From positions 32,001-96,000 of the forward strand of contig JBHLLG010000002.1 in assembly GCA_048885925.1 (NCBI GenBank): a stretch of 64,000 nucleotides of DNA, written 5' to 3'. The notes under the pieces are model-generated. The model was not told where the DNA came from and did no database searches. It was given only the letters and a program-made list of their open reading frames with translations. The translations under genes and the position numbers were made by a program. Shown here piece by piece: positions 1 to 10,315 of the stretch (position 1 is its first letter; every line of letters starts with the position of its first letter). Source of the DNA: Candidatus Hermodarchaeota archaeon. Its GTDB lineage: Archaea > Asgardarchaeota > Lokiarchaeia > Sigyniarchaeales > SOKP01.

Positions 1-682
1 CAACAATAACATGCTCAATTGTTGGAACATCATCAATTATTTGAACCACATCTGCCATTTTAGGATAGGTTTTTCCTGCTCTTAAAGTTTCATCACTCGT
101 AAATAAAAGACGTGAATTTGAATCTTCAATTCTATCTTTTACTGCTTCCTTTGAAAAGCCTCCAAATACAATTGAGTGGATTATTCCAAGTCGAGCACAA
201 GCTAACATAATTATTGCTAATTCTGGTATCATTGGTAGCCATATTGTTACTCTATCTCCTTTTTTTAGACCTAATTTTTTCATACCGTTAGCGCATTTAG
301 ATACTTCTTTTAGTAGTTCATTGTATGAGAATGTTCTAACCTGTTCAGGTTCATCAGCTTCCCAAATTAGAGCGATTTTATCTCCTTTTCCAGCTTTTAC
401 ATGTCTATCGATACAATTATAACTAACATTAAGTTTTCCTCCTACAAACCATTTTCCAGGGAAGAGGTCGGTTTTTTCCCAGACTTTGTTATAAGGTTGT
501 ATCCAATCGATAGTTTTTGCTTGTTCAGCCCAGAAGCCTTCCATATCATCTATAGATTGTTTGTAAAGTTTTTTATATTCTTCTAGTGACATTCCGGACT
601 TTGCGAATTCGGGATTAAGATCAATTGGATTAAAAATTCGATTTTCTACAAGAATACTTTCCATTCTTTCTTCTTTTGACAT
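1..682 (-). CDS. acs: Acetyl-CoA synthetase (AMP-forming), N-terminal part; runs off the window edge
   Basis: Not in the ORF track. Manual translation from ATG 682 gives MSKEERMESILVENRIF...FWAEQAKTIDW...KWFVGGKLNVSYNCIDRHV...LGLKKGDRVTIWLPMIPELAIIMLACARLGIIHSIVFGGFS, the typical Acs N-terminal motifs. Confidence 0.93.
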   Translation of the reverse strand, partial: MSKEERMESILVENRIFNPIDLNPEFAKSGMSLEEYKKLYKQSIDDMEGFWAEQAKTIDWIQPYNKVWEKTDLFPGKWFVGGKLNVSYNCIDRHVKAGKGDKIALIWEADEPEQVRTFSYNELLKEVSKCANGMKKLGLKKGDRVTIWLPMIPELAIIMLACARLGIIHSIVFGGFSKEAVKDRIEDSNSRLLFTSDETLRAGKTYPKMADVVQIIDDVPTIEHVIV

Positions 683-948
683 ATTTTTTCACATTTTTGA
701 ATCTTATAAATTTAGAAGTTCATTTAATTTACTTTTAATTTTTATTTAATATTAACAATTAATATATATGATTTTTAAATGAAATTTTCTAAATCAAAAA
801 AGAGATGAATGAAATTTAAAGATTTTATTTATAATTTCAAAAATATTATTTGAATGGAAATAGAAATAATAGTTTAATTAGATATAAAATTAATCAATAA
901 TAAAAGTAAAATTGGGATTAAGCCTTTTCAATGGAGTGAATAATTGCA

Positions 949-2841
949 ATGGATTTTAATTGGAAAGAAAGTTGGAAAGAAAAGGAAATTACAGCCCAAC
1001 AAGCAATAGAAGAAATTATCCCAGGGAATAGAGTCTTTATTGACTCAGGATGCTCTGAGCCTCAACTCTTAACCTCAGAATTAATAAAGAATTCAGAAAA
1101 GTTAATAGATACTGAAATTCTTCATTTTCTAACAATAGGTTCTGAAAAATATTTTAAAGATAAAGCGGAGGATCTTTTTAGACATAATGCTTTTTTTATT
1201 GGGAGGACTCTCCGTGAAGAAATCAACAAAGGTCAAGCAGATTATACACCAATATATGCTAGTGAAATTCCATCGTTATTTTTGACAGGTCGGAAACATA
1301 TTGATGTTGCTCTCATCCAAGTTTCTCCTCCTGATCCTTATGGTTTTTGTTCTTTAGGAATTAATGTAGACATTGCCAAACCAATAGCACAATCATCTTA
1401 TATGACTATTGCTGAAATTAACCCTCAAATGCCTCGAACTCTAGGAAATAGTTTTATTCATATGAAAGAAATAGATTATTTTGTATACAATGATAGCCCG
1501 TTGTTAGAGTTTCAATTTGATGAACCAGATGAAATTGCAGATAGAATAGGGCGAAATTTAATAAATCTTATAGAAAATAAATCTACTATTCATGTAGGGT
1601 TTGGCGATCTTCCAAATGCTGCATTAAAATTTCTAGGAGATAAAAAAAATTTAGGAATGCATTCTCACTATATTACGGATAACATTATACCACTTATAGA
1701 AAACGGCGTATTAACTTGTCGAAAAAAAAATTATCATCCTGAAAAAATTATTACCAGTTTTGCTTTGGGGACAAGAAAATTATATAAGTTTGTAGATAAC
1801 AATCCTTTCATTGAATTTCATCCATCTGATTATGTATGCAATCCTCAAAATATTGGAATGAATAAGAAGATGGTTTCTATAAATTCTGCGCGACAGATTG
1901 ATTTAACTGGACAAGTAAATGCAGCAACGGAGGGTTATCGTTTCTATTCTGGACTTGGTGAGACCATTGATTTTATGAGAGGAGCAGCATTTTCTAAGGG
2001 AGGTAAACCAATCATAATTATACCCTCTACTTCACGAGATGGCAAAAAATCACGAATTGTACCTCATTTAGATGAAGGAGCGGGGATAATGTTGTCTCGT
2101 GGAGATGTGCATTATGTAGTAACGGAATGGGGCGTTGCTTATCTTCATGGAAAAAGTATTCGTGAAAGAGTAATTGAATTGATATGTATAGCCCATCCTA
2201 AATTTAGACAATTATTATTAGATGCTGCCAAAAAGTTGAAATATATTTATTCTGATCAAGTATTACCTTGTGATGAGAAAGGTCGAATTTGTATATATCC
2301 TTCAGAATATGAGACTTTTTATACTACAACAAGTAAGGAAAAAATAAGAATTCGTCCTGTGAAAACAACTGATGAGCCATTATTAAAAGATTTATATTAT
2401 TCATTAAGTGAGAGAGATAGATATTTAAGATTCTTTGAATTAAAAAAAGAGTTCACTCACTCCAAAACTCAATTCGAGGTAAACATTGATTATAGCAACA
2501 CTTTTTCAATTGGTGCATTTATTGGCGAAATCGGGCATGAAAAAATGATTGGTAATGCAACTTATTATTTAAATCCTAAATTAAATATGGGAGAGTATAG
2601 TTTCATTGTAAGAGAAGATTATAGAGGGAAAGGGATTGGTGGTTTTTTATATCAACATATAATTATTATTGCAAAAGAGAAAGGATTAAAAGGATTATAT
2701 GGCAATATTCACATTCAAAATAAAAGTGCTGTTCGTATTATTCAAACAGGGGGATATACAAAAATAACTCCTCCCTCTTCACCTGAAGAAAAAGAATTAT
2801 TTTATGAAGTTTTTTTTGATAAAGAAAATTCTATGGAATAA
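949..2841 (+). CDS. Acetyl-CoA hydrolase/CoA-transferase-family domain fused to a C-terminal GNAT acetyltransferase
   Basis: DVALIQVSPPDPYGFCSLG, AEINPQMPRTLG, DVHYVVTEWGVAYLHGKSIRER (4-hydroxybutyrate CoA-transferase family); C-terminal IRIRPVKTTDE...RYLRFF...VREDYRGKGIG (Pat-type GNAT). Confidence 0.88.
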   Translation: MDFNWKESWKEKEITAQQAIEEIIPGNRVFIDSGCSEPQLLTSELIKNSEKLIDTEILHFLTIGSEKYFKDKAEDLFRHNAFFIGRTLREEINKGQADYTPIYASEIPSLFLTGRKHIDVALIQVSPPDPYGFCSLGINVDIAKPIAQSSYMTIAEINPQMPRTLGNSFIHMKEIDYFVYNDSPLLEFQFDEPDEIADRIGRNLINLIENKSTIHVGFGDLPNAALKFLGDKKNLGMHSHYITDNIIPLIENGVLTCRKKNYHPEKIITSFALGTRKLYKFVDNNPFIEFHPSDYVCNPQNIGMNKKMVSINSARQIDLTGQVNAATEGYRFYSGLGETIDFMRGAAFSKGGKPIIIIPSTSRDGKKSRIVPHLDEGAGIMLSRGDVHYVVTEWGVAYLHGKSIRERVIELICIAHPKFRQLLLDAAKKLKYIYSDQVLPCDEKGRICIYPSEYETFYTTTSKEKIRIRPVKTTDEPLLKDLYYSLSERDRYLRFFELKKEFTHSKTQFEVNIDYSNTFSIGAFIGEIGHEKMIGNATYYLNPKLNMGEYSFIVREDYRGKGIGGFLYQHIIIIAKEKGLKGLYGNIHIQNKSAVRIIQTGGYTKITPPSSPEEKELFYEVFFDKENSME

Positions 2842-2890
2842 TTCTCCAAAATTTTTATTTTTCTCTCTTAATTATTTAATTTGTTTGTTT

Positions 2891-3691
2891 ATGAGGTTCA
2901 AATTTACAGATTTTCATGTTCATACCAGACCTTGGAGCGTAGATGTAGCAGAAGATGGTCCTACTTTTGAGGATTATCTAAAAATTGCAGAAGAATATCA
3001 GATTAATGTTTGTTTTTTAGATCATTTTGAACTCCACTATGTTGAAAAAGATAAAAGCAATCCTTTTCATAATGGAAAGATTAATGATTATCTGGAAGAA
3101 ATTGATATATGGAAGGAAACGTATGATTTTATACTCAGCGGTTTAGAAGTTGAATATTATGAGGATAAAGAAATTCAATTAATTGAATTTATGGATGATT
3201 ATGGAAAAGAATTGAATTTTATCGCAGGATCTATTCATGAATGGATTATTGGATATCCGATTACGACAAAAAATGGTTTATTGAGATTATTAGAAAAAAA
3301 ACCTATGAAAAAAATTATTGATGAATATTTTGAAATTAGTAAGAAGATGATCGATTCAAAAATCTTTAAAAATATTTGTCATATTGATACAATTTTTCGA
3401 TATATTAATGATAATGATTTATATCCACCAAGTGATTGTAACATTTCTGAAAGTCGTACAATAGAATTAGGACGTTCATGTATTAAAAATAATATAAACA
3501 TAGAGTTCAATTTATCTGGATATAAATTTCCAATAAATAGACCATTTCCTTCTCTACATATTGCTGAGCTACTAAAGAAGGAAGGAGCTAAATTCTTTAT
3601 AGGATCAGATTCACATGATTTAAATTATTTCAAAAATCAAATCTCTAAAGTAAAAGAAGCAAGCTTAATTTTGAAATCCCATTTAAATTAG
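2891..3691 (+). CDS. PHP-domain phosphoesterase (HisJ/histidinol-phosphatase-like)
   Basis: DFHVHT, FLDH, GLEVE, GSIH, CHID and IGSDSH metal-binding motifs. Start moved to ATG 2891 because the track start overlaps the upstream gene. Confidence 0.82.
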   Translation: MRFKFTDFHVHTRPWSVDVAEDGPTFEDYLKIAEEYQINVCFLDHFELHYVEKDKSNPFHNGKINDYLEEIDIWKETYDFILSGLEVEYYEDKEIQLIEFMDDYGKELNFIAGSIHEWIIGYPITTKNGLLRLLEKKPMKKIIDEYFEISKKMIDSKIFKNICHIDTIFRYINDNDLYPPSDCNISESRTIELGRSCIKNNINIEFNLSGYKFPINRPFPSLHIAELLKKEGAKFFIGSDSHDLNYFKNQISKVKEASLILKSHLN

Positions 3692-3709
3692 TTCTATACA
3701 TTGATTCCT

Positions 3710-4429
3710 ATGTCCTTAAAAGATATTTTAAATATAATTGATAACTGGGATGTTAGATTACTCTTAAAATATAATGGTTCAGGAGGCAAACTAATCACAT
3801 ATATTTTGAAAATAATTTCTTTTCTTGGAAGAGAAACTTTATGGATTCTCTTAATTGTTTTTTATTTATTAATTTGGTATGATCCATTTCTATTATCATA
3901 TATTTCTGCAACATTTCTAACAGGATTAGTTTTAATTTTAACATTAAAATTGATTGTTAAAAGAACAAGGCCATATGAAAGGTTTAAAGAAGGTGAAATT
4001 ATTATACTTGAACGAAAACCATCTTCAAGAAGTTTTCCATCTTGGCATTCTTATAATATTATGTCACAAGGATTGTTGATCGGAATTTTCTTTTTAAAAT
4101 CACCAATTTTAACAATATTAATGATGATACTAACATTTATAGTTTCATATTCAAGAGTTCAACTTGGCGTACATTATCCGACAGATGTAATTTTCGGTTG
4201 TATTTTTGGGATAATAGGTTTTTTAATAGCAATTTCTTTCATTAGTCCGCTTATTATTAAAATGATTATTTTTATAGAACAGTTTATTGTTCATGAAATT
4301 CAATATCGGCAATTCAATTCATTAATCTATCAAAATATAGGATATTTGATATTTTGTTTTATTATTTTCTTTATTATTTTTTTGTTATCAATCAATAAAA
4401 CAATAAAAGAGTATTTTAAAAAAGAATAA
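3710..4429 (+). CDS. PAP2-family membrane phosphatase
   Basis: KLIVKRTRP, SFPSWH, SRVQLGVHYPTDV motifs; several hydrophobic segments. Confidence 0.88.
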   Translation: MSLKDILNIIDNWDVRLLLKYNGSGGKLITYILKIISFLGRETLWILLIVFYLLIWYDPFLLSYISATFLTGLVLILTLKLIVKRTRPYERFKEGEIIILERKPSSRSFPSWHSYNIMSQGLLIGIFFLKSPILTILMMILTFIVSYSRVQLGVHYPTDVIFGCIFGIIGFLIAISFISPLIIKMIIFIEQFIVHEIQYRQFNSLIYQNIGYLIFCFIIFFIIFLLSINKTIKEYFKKE

Positions 4430-4440
4430 GTTAGAAAAGG

Positions 4441-5688
4441 CTAAATATTAAGACTTTTTCTTTTACTAAATAAATCTTTTAGTTCATTAAGAACATTTAA
4501 TCTCGTATTTTCTTGAGCTCGTATAGGGCTTTGGGAAGGATTAGCAATTTCAATTGGAACGCCACTTTGTGCAACTTGGAATGCTCCTGATTCTATTGCT
4601 CGAAGTCGACTGTCAAGATCATTGAGTTGCATAGAAATGCTTTCTGATAAACGGATTACAGCATTAAGAGTTTCTTCTAAAGTTTTTCCAAGTCCTTCTA
4701 CTTTTCTTACTGTTGGGTCTGTAAGTGAATAATTTGCACTCATTAAATTTTTAATATATTTTGCAAATTGAGGTTCACGTGATATTAAAGAATAAATAGA
4801 TGTTAAATAAATTTCTGTATTGAAATCAAAATTATTATTTTTAAATAATTCACTTATATTATCTTTTATTAATTCAACATTTAAGAGAATTTTTGGGTCG
4901 TTCTTAAGGTCTGGGTCAAATTTATGTATGAATATTAAAATATAGGGATTTTCTTCCAGAAGAATGATTGAATGTAGAATCTTTTCAAAATATTCAAGAG
5001 ATTCATCAAATCTGTCAGGATCTTGCACATCAATTACATAAATAAATAAATCAAGTTCAATGAAATACTGCTCTGGATTATTTAAATATCTTTCTCGATA
5101 TTCCTTCTGTCCTCCTAAATCCCAAATAAATAAGTTTACTTTTGAATCTCCAAATTTCATTCTAACTACACCCTTGGTTGGATGTGTTGAGATCATATCG
5201 CTAATTCCTAATCTTCCTCCAAATTTTGATAATACTGAAGTTTTACCAGCAGCATCCAAACCAGCTACCAATACCTTCTGCCCTGTTGTTTTAATACCTT
5301 CTTGTTCATCTTTTATACTGGCAATTAGAGAGCTAATAGTAATAGTCTTTTTTAACTTTTCTTCAAGATTTGGAAATTTTTCTTTCAATTCCTCTATTTT
5401 TTTCTTTAAATTTATTGCCAATTCGATCGAATCTTCCGATTCTTCAATTTCAGTTAGACTTTCAAATGGGTTTTCTTTATTTAATTTGGAAGCTTCACCA
5501 ATTGTTGAAATTTCTAACAATTGTTTCATTAATTTAGATTCTTCTTTATCTATAAATTTATAGATATGAATTGGTAAACTTAAAATATCATCTAACTCTT
5601 TGACTTTATCTATCTTCCGAGATTTGGGATCAAAAAATTTTGAAAGAATTTTAATAATGTTAGAGACTTCTGAGGACATTACATTCAT
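4441..5688 (-). CDS. Multidomain Arf/Rag-like small GTPase with N-terminal helical region and C-terminal coiled coil
   Basis: G1 GLDAAGKT, G2 PTKG, G3 WDLGGQ, G4 HKFD, G5 TSI. Confidence 0.85.
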   Translation of the reverse strand: MNVMSSEVSNIIKILSKFFDPKSRKIDKVKELDDILSLPIHIYKFIDKEESKLMKQLLEISTIGEASKLNKENPFESLTEIEESEDSIELAINLKKKIEELKEKFPNLEEKLKKTITISSLIASIKDEQEGIKTTGQKVLVAGLDAAGKTSVLSKFGGRLGISDMISTHPTKGVVRMKFGDSKVNLFIWDLGGQKEYRERYLNNPEQYFIELDLFIYVIDVQDPDRFDESLEYFEKILHSIILLEENPYILIFIHKFDPDLKNDPKILLNVELIKDNISELFKNNNFDFNTEIYLTSIYSLISREPQFAKYIKNLMSANYSLTDPTVRKVEGLGKTLEETLNAVIRLSESISMQLNDLDSRLRAIESGAFQVAQSGVPIEIANPSQSPIRAQENTRLNVLNELKDLFSKRKSLNI

Positions 5689-5978
5689 CGCTTTTTCTTT
5701 ATTATTTATAGGTTGATATACTTTTTATTATTATTTGTTAAACTTTTAAGATACTAGTTAAAAAGATTAAGATTTAAATTTTCTTAAGTCAATTTTCAAT
5801 AGATCAAACTTATATATTAAGAAATTTATGTATTTCTAGGGAAAAAATTAAGAATTCGAATACTATCCTTTTGTATATTAAAAAAATGCCAGCCCATTTT
5901 GAAAACGATGATTTTTTTGAGGAAAATATAGAGGAGGGTATCAAATTATATATTTTTAAGAAGGTAAATTAGCGAATC

Positions 5979-6893
5979 ATGTCTGGTGATGATGATTTTT
6001 TTGAGGAAGATAGCAATGAGACTCCATCCTGTTGCGACAGTCCGAAGGTCTCGCAAGAAGATGGTTTCTATGTTTGTTTGAATTGTGGGTTTGTTTATTC
6101 TCGAATTCTTGATGATAGTCCTCGAAGAGCTTTTACACAGGAAGAAATACAAAAAAGAAAAAGTAGTGAAAGAGTATACAGTCCAATTGGGCCTAGAACA
6201 ATAATCCGAGGATCTAGAGACGCGAGAGGTACATTATTGAGCCCAAAATATAAATCAAAATTTAATAGATTAGCTAAGATTCATCGATCACTTACAACTA
6301 GCTATGAAAGAAACTTGTGGATTGCTTTACCAAATTTACAGCGACTACAAAAGAGATTAGGAATTCCTGATGCTGTAGCAGAAGATGCACTTCGGATCTA
6401 TACTCAAACTGTAAAAAAGAAATTAACTATGGGTCGGAGTATAGATACTTTATTATCAGCTTCTATTTTCGCTGCTTTACGTGTTCACGGTATACCAAGA
6501 ACTGCTGAAGAAGTAACTAAGGTAGCACAAATTCCAAAAAAAAAAGTAATTAAAAGTTATCGCTTGATATTAATGGAAGTTTTACCTAAATTAGGATTGA
6601 AAGTGACTCATTTCAGTAGTGAACGGTATGTCGATAAATTCAATGAAGAGTTAAAGCTTTCAATGAAATGTAGAAATATTGCTGTTAAACTGATTGAAAA
6701 AGCGAGAGAAAGTGGTTTTAATTCAGCAGGTAAAGATCCGAAAGGTATAGCAGCAGCGGCGATTTATATCGGTTCTAAAATCTGTAATGAAAATCGCACC
6801 CAAAAAGAGATAAGTAAATTAGCCAAGGTGACTGAGGTTACTTTAAGAATGCGTGTAAAAGATTTACAGAAATATGCTAATATGGTTGATTAG
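5979..6893 (+). CDS. tfb: Transcription initiation factor IIB (TFB)
   Basis: N-terminal Zn ribbon (CC...VCLNCG); cyclin repeats with GRSIDTLLSASIFAALR, GKDPKGIAAAAIY, TQKEISKLAKVTEVTLR. Confidence 0.95.
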   Translation: MSGDDDFFEEDSNETPSCCDSPKVSQEDGFYVCLNCGFVYSRILDDSPRRAFTQEEIQKRKSSERVYSPIGPRTIIRGSRDARGTLLSPKYKSKFNRLAKIHRSLTTSYERNLWIALPNLQRLQKRLGIPDAVAEDALRIYTQTVKKKLTMGRSIDTLLSASIFAALRVHGIPRTAEEVTKVAQIPKKKVIKSYRLILMEVLPKLGLKVTHFSSERYVDKFNEELKLSMKCRNIAVKLIEKARESGFNSAGKDPKGIAAAAIYIGSKICNENRTQKEISKLAKVTEVTLRMRVKDLQKYANMVD

Positions 6894-6913
6894 CTAAAAA
6901 TTATAAAAAATGA

Positions 6914-9900
6914 TTATGTAATATCAATTAATATTTTTTCCTTTTCGAATAATGGGAGAAATTCTAACATTCCCTTAATTTCTGGTAAATATTTAGAAAG
7001 ATTTTTTAGTTTAATATCGATCAGGAAAAGAATGAGCATCATATAAAATATTTCTTCAACCGATCTTCTATTAATCCCAAGGGTGTTTAAAAATTCATTA
7101 ACATTATTTTTAATCAATTTTAATGGATCGCCTGCTTTTAAAAGAGATAATCCGTGTAAAAGTATCATTAAGGTACCTGCTTCAAGATCTTTTCTTTTAG
7201 AGAAATTATATGCTAATTCTAAATATTTATTTGCCACTTCTTTAAATTTTTGTGATTTCAACAACTCTAATATTTCAGAATAATATCTTTTTCTCATTGC
7301 ATCTCTTTTTTTCTTAGAATCTTCCTTACCACTTTTAATATCACCTATTTTTGATTGAATTTTACCAAATTTCTGGTCTATTTCTATAATTTCTTCTTCT
7401 TTCAAATGTACAACTGCTTTAATTTCCGTTTCTAGAACTTCTTCTTTTTTATATTCTTCACCTAAAATATCAGATATTAACATCATTTCCTCTTCAAATA
7501 ATGGGAGGCTTTCAAAAAAAGCTAATGATTCTTTAGAAGGTAGTTCATTATGAAGAGTTTTCATATCTAATATATATTCTATTAAAGTAACCGGAAAAGT
7601 ATTAGAAAATAATTCTGCTAAACCAGATAATTTTGTTTTTGTCTCATCCAACAATTTTTTAATCTCGTCAAATTTTCCTTCTCTCATTAAAATTAAACTT
7701 GCCACAGCTAAAGAAACTCCTGCTAGGTTATATTTGTTTTGTAAATTTAGATTATTAATATCACTTTTATATATTTCAAGAGCTTGATTATAATGGTGGT
7801 TTTTTAAATGGATTAAAGCATCCTTACAATAAACAGTTCTTTCTCTCTTTTGTTTTTCTTTATCTAAGAGTGCTTCCCGTGCTCGATTTTCTAAAATTGA
7901 TGGCATTTCTTTTATCTCTTCTCCTTTGCGAGATTCTTTAGCTTTCTTAGATCTAATTTCGCTCTTTTTAGCTTCAATTTTTTCTATTTGTCCATGAATT
8001 TCAGCTTTATAGCCCTTATCTTCAATTTTATCATTATAAACTTGGGCTAAATGCAAATCATCCAGTTTAATATAAATATTAGCGATTTTATAATTGATTT
8101 CATCAAAAATATTTTGTTTAATTTCTTCCTTTTCTAAATATTTTGATCCTATATTTAGAACTTTTTTTACTAATTCTTCTGCTTTATTAACTCCAGACGG
8201 ATCTGATTCTTTGTCCAAAATTCTTAATGCTTCATTTATAATTACTTCGATAAAAATTAAACTAATTTCTTTTGATTGATCATAAAGTATTTCTTTTCGA
8301 TATATATTAATAGAATTTTCAAAAACTAGTTCAGACCATTTATAATCATTTAAATCCATGACATCTTTTAATTTTTGGAAATATTTAGGAAAAATTCTGG
8401 TTAAATACTTTGATTTCATATCTATTGATAATTCATTGAAGATTAAAAAAAACGCTTCAAATTCTAGGCCCTCTAATAATATATCTAAAGATTTTGTTAG
8501 AATTTGATCTCTAATCTCTTCTTTTCCAATCTTTTTAAGGTATTCACCATGTTTTCTTAAGTGATTTGCTGCCTTTAAATAATTACCTTGTTTAGAAAGT
8601 TCATTAGCTTCATTAATTTTTTGAGTATTTAACTCAATAATGATCATTCTTTCGTTTTCAACAAAATCCCTTATTACTTCGATTCCCCTGTTCAGATAAT
8701 CTTCAACCTCTTTCTTCTTTATAGTTTTATATCTATCTTCAAATTCATCTCTAATTTTAGCTAATTTTTGCTTTAATTTGCTTGAGTTTAACTTATTTAT
8801 AAGAATTGTGGCTACTGCAAAAAGATCTTCTTCTAAAAATTGGTTAATAAGACCTTCTAAAGTTGAATCCAAATTCAATCTTTTTACATTATATGAATCC
8901 CACATGTTTTCAATTTCATCATAAGTATTTCTAGCATCAGAATTTTTTTTCTGATTTACTTGTTGTTTAAAAAGTGTAATTAAAATTTCATTCAATTTAT
9001 TAGTCAAATCTTTTAATTCGTCAAAAAGAGCCCCACGCTGATATTTATCAATAGCTAGATATAATTGGCTTTTGGCTAAACTAAAATCACTTTTTTTAAC
9101 TAAAAAATCAGCAGAAGCACAAATTTTATCTGAAATTTCTTTTAATAATGCAATTACTGCTTGATGAGGTAAACTCTCAAGTATTCTAAAAGCGTCTTCA
9201 ACTCTACAAGCAGAAATCCATGAATTTATTGCTGAGCGAAAAGCTTCATGAGTTAATTCTTTATCTAAAAATTCTAAACTTGCCCAATGAGCTGCTATTT
9301 CATAATTTCTTGCTGCGCGTTCAAATTCATTCCTATTGAAATAAAGATTGCCTTCTCTTATAATAGCATCTGCGTATAATCTTTTAAAATTCTTCGATTT
9401 TCGATTATCTACATCTTCTAATATTTTACTTGCTTCTAAATATAAATTAATTTTAGAATAAAGATACGCTGCTTGTTCACAAATTATAAAAAATTCTTCT
9501 TTATTATAGATATCAGCAATTTGGGCAGCTTTTCTTACAGCTTGGGCAGCATATAAATAATTTTGGTTATTAAAATAAATATTCGCCATTTGTATAAATA
9601 TAGGAAATCGCATCCAGGCATTCTCTATGTTTAATGGAGTATCACTATTAATCATAGCTAAGCATAAAGATTGAAGTGCTTGATGAAAATCATGAGGAGC
9701 AAGATTTGCAAATGCTTCTAAACTAGGGAAATTAACCCAAATATGTGTTAATAATTCATTTACAGATATTGGGAGAATTCCATTTCGATCATAAAATAAT
9801 ATAATTGTTGGGATATCGCGTTTTATAGAAAAAATATCTGGAAGAATCATTTCAAATAATTCTGATTCTTCTTGTACAATTGGATTTAAAAAGTAAATGA

Positions 9901-10120
9901 TTCCATCCGCAGTTGATATAATTTCATCTAAATCAGCAGAAATGCTTGTAAGAGCGTCAATTTCTAACTCACAAATATTATCTAAAACCTTGATTTCCTT
10001 ATACCAAGAAACATAAGTGTCTTTATCCTCACCAGGTTCTCCAAATGCTCTTGAGATAAAAAAGTGAATTGCATCAAGATCTGAACCGAGAATTAGAGTT
10101 CTAAAATGAAATATTGACAT
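6914..10120 (-). CDS. Large alpha-solenoid (TPR/SNAP-like) protein with a possible degenerate small-GTPase-like N-terminal domain
   Basis: 1068-aa ORF; repeated YxxAAxxY helical patterns; N-terminus has a GTPase-like strand pattern without a P-loop. The fold assignment is inference. Confidence 0.6.
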   Translation of the reverse strand: MSIFHFRTLILGSDLDAIHFFISRAFGEPGEDKDTYVSWYKEIKVLDNICELEIDALTSISADLDEIISTADGIIYFLNPIVQEESELFEMILPDIFSIKRDIPTIILFYDRNGILPISVNELLTHIWVNFPSLEAFANLAPHDFHQALQSLCLAMINSDTPLNIENAWMRFPIFIQMANIYFNNQNYLYAAQAVRKAAQIADIYNKEEFFIICEQAAYLYSKINLYLEASKILEDVDNRKSKNFKRLYADAIIREGNLYFNRNEFERAARNYEIAAHWASLEFLDKELTHEAFRSAINSWISACRVEDAFRILESLPHQAVIALLKEISDKICASADFLVKKSDFSLAKSQLYLAIDKYQRGALFDELKDLTNKLNEILITLFKQQVNQKKNSDARNTYDEIENMWDSYNVKRLNLDSTLEGLINQFLEEDLFAVATILINKLNSSKLKQKLAKIRDEFEDRYKTIKKKEVEDYLNRGIEVIRDFVENERMIIIELNTQKINEANELSKQGNYLKAANHLRKHGEYLKKIGKEEIRDQILTKSLDILLEGLEFEAFFLIFNELSIDMKSKYLTRIFPKYFQKLKDVMDLNDYKWSELVFENSINIYRKEILYDQSKEISLIFIEVIINEALRILDKESDPSGVNKAEELVKKVLNIGSKYLEKEEIKQNIFDEINYKIANIYIKLDDLHLAQVYNDKIEDKGYKAEIHGQIEKIEAKKSEIRSKKAKESRKGEEIKEMPSILENRAREALLDKEKQKRERTVYCKDALIHLKNHHYNQALEIYKSDINNLNLQNKYNLAGVSLAVASLILMREGKFDEIKKLLDETKTKLSGLAELFSNTFPVTLIEYILDMKTLHNELPSKESLAFFESLPLFEEEMMLISDILGEEYKKEEVLETEIKAVVHLKEEEIIEIDQKFGKIQSKIGDIKSGKEDSKKKRDAMRKRYYSEILELLKSQKFKEVANKYLELAYNFSKRKDLEAGTLMILLHGLSLLKAGDPLKLIKNNVNEFLNTLGINRRSVEEIFYMMLILFLIDIKLKNLSKYLPEIKGMLEFLPLFEKEKILIDIT

Positions 10121-10315
10121 GCGTTATATAGATTAATTATTCTTTTAAATTTCTACTGATTGATTGATTTTATTTCAATTATAAAGATTTTTAAACACAT
10201 AAAATTAATATTATAATTCTTATGAAATTATTTTAAAATAATAGAAATCATTTAATAATAATTAATTGAGTTTGAGAATTTATATTTTTGTTTTGATTTA
10301 TCTGGAGAATAAACA

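Noticed and set aside
401-586. 61-aa plus-strand ORF
   Set aside because: Antisense shadow of acs.
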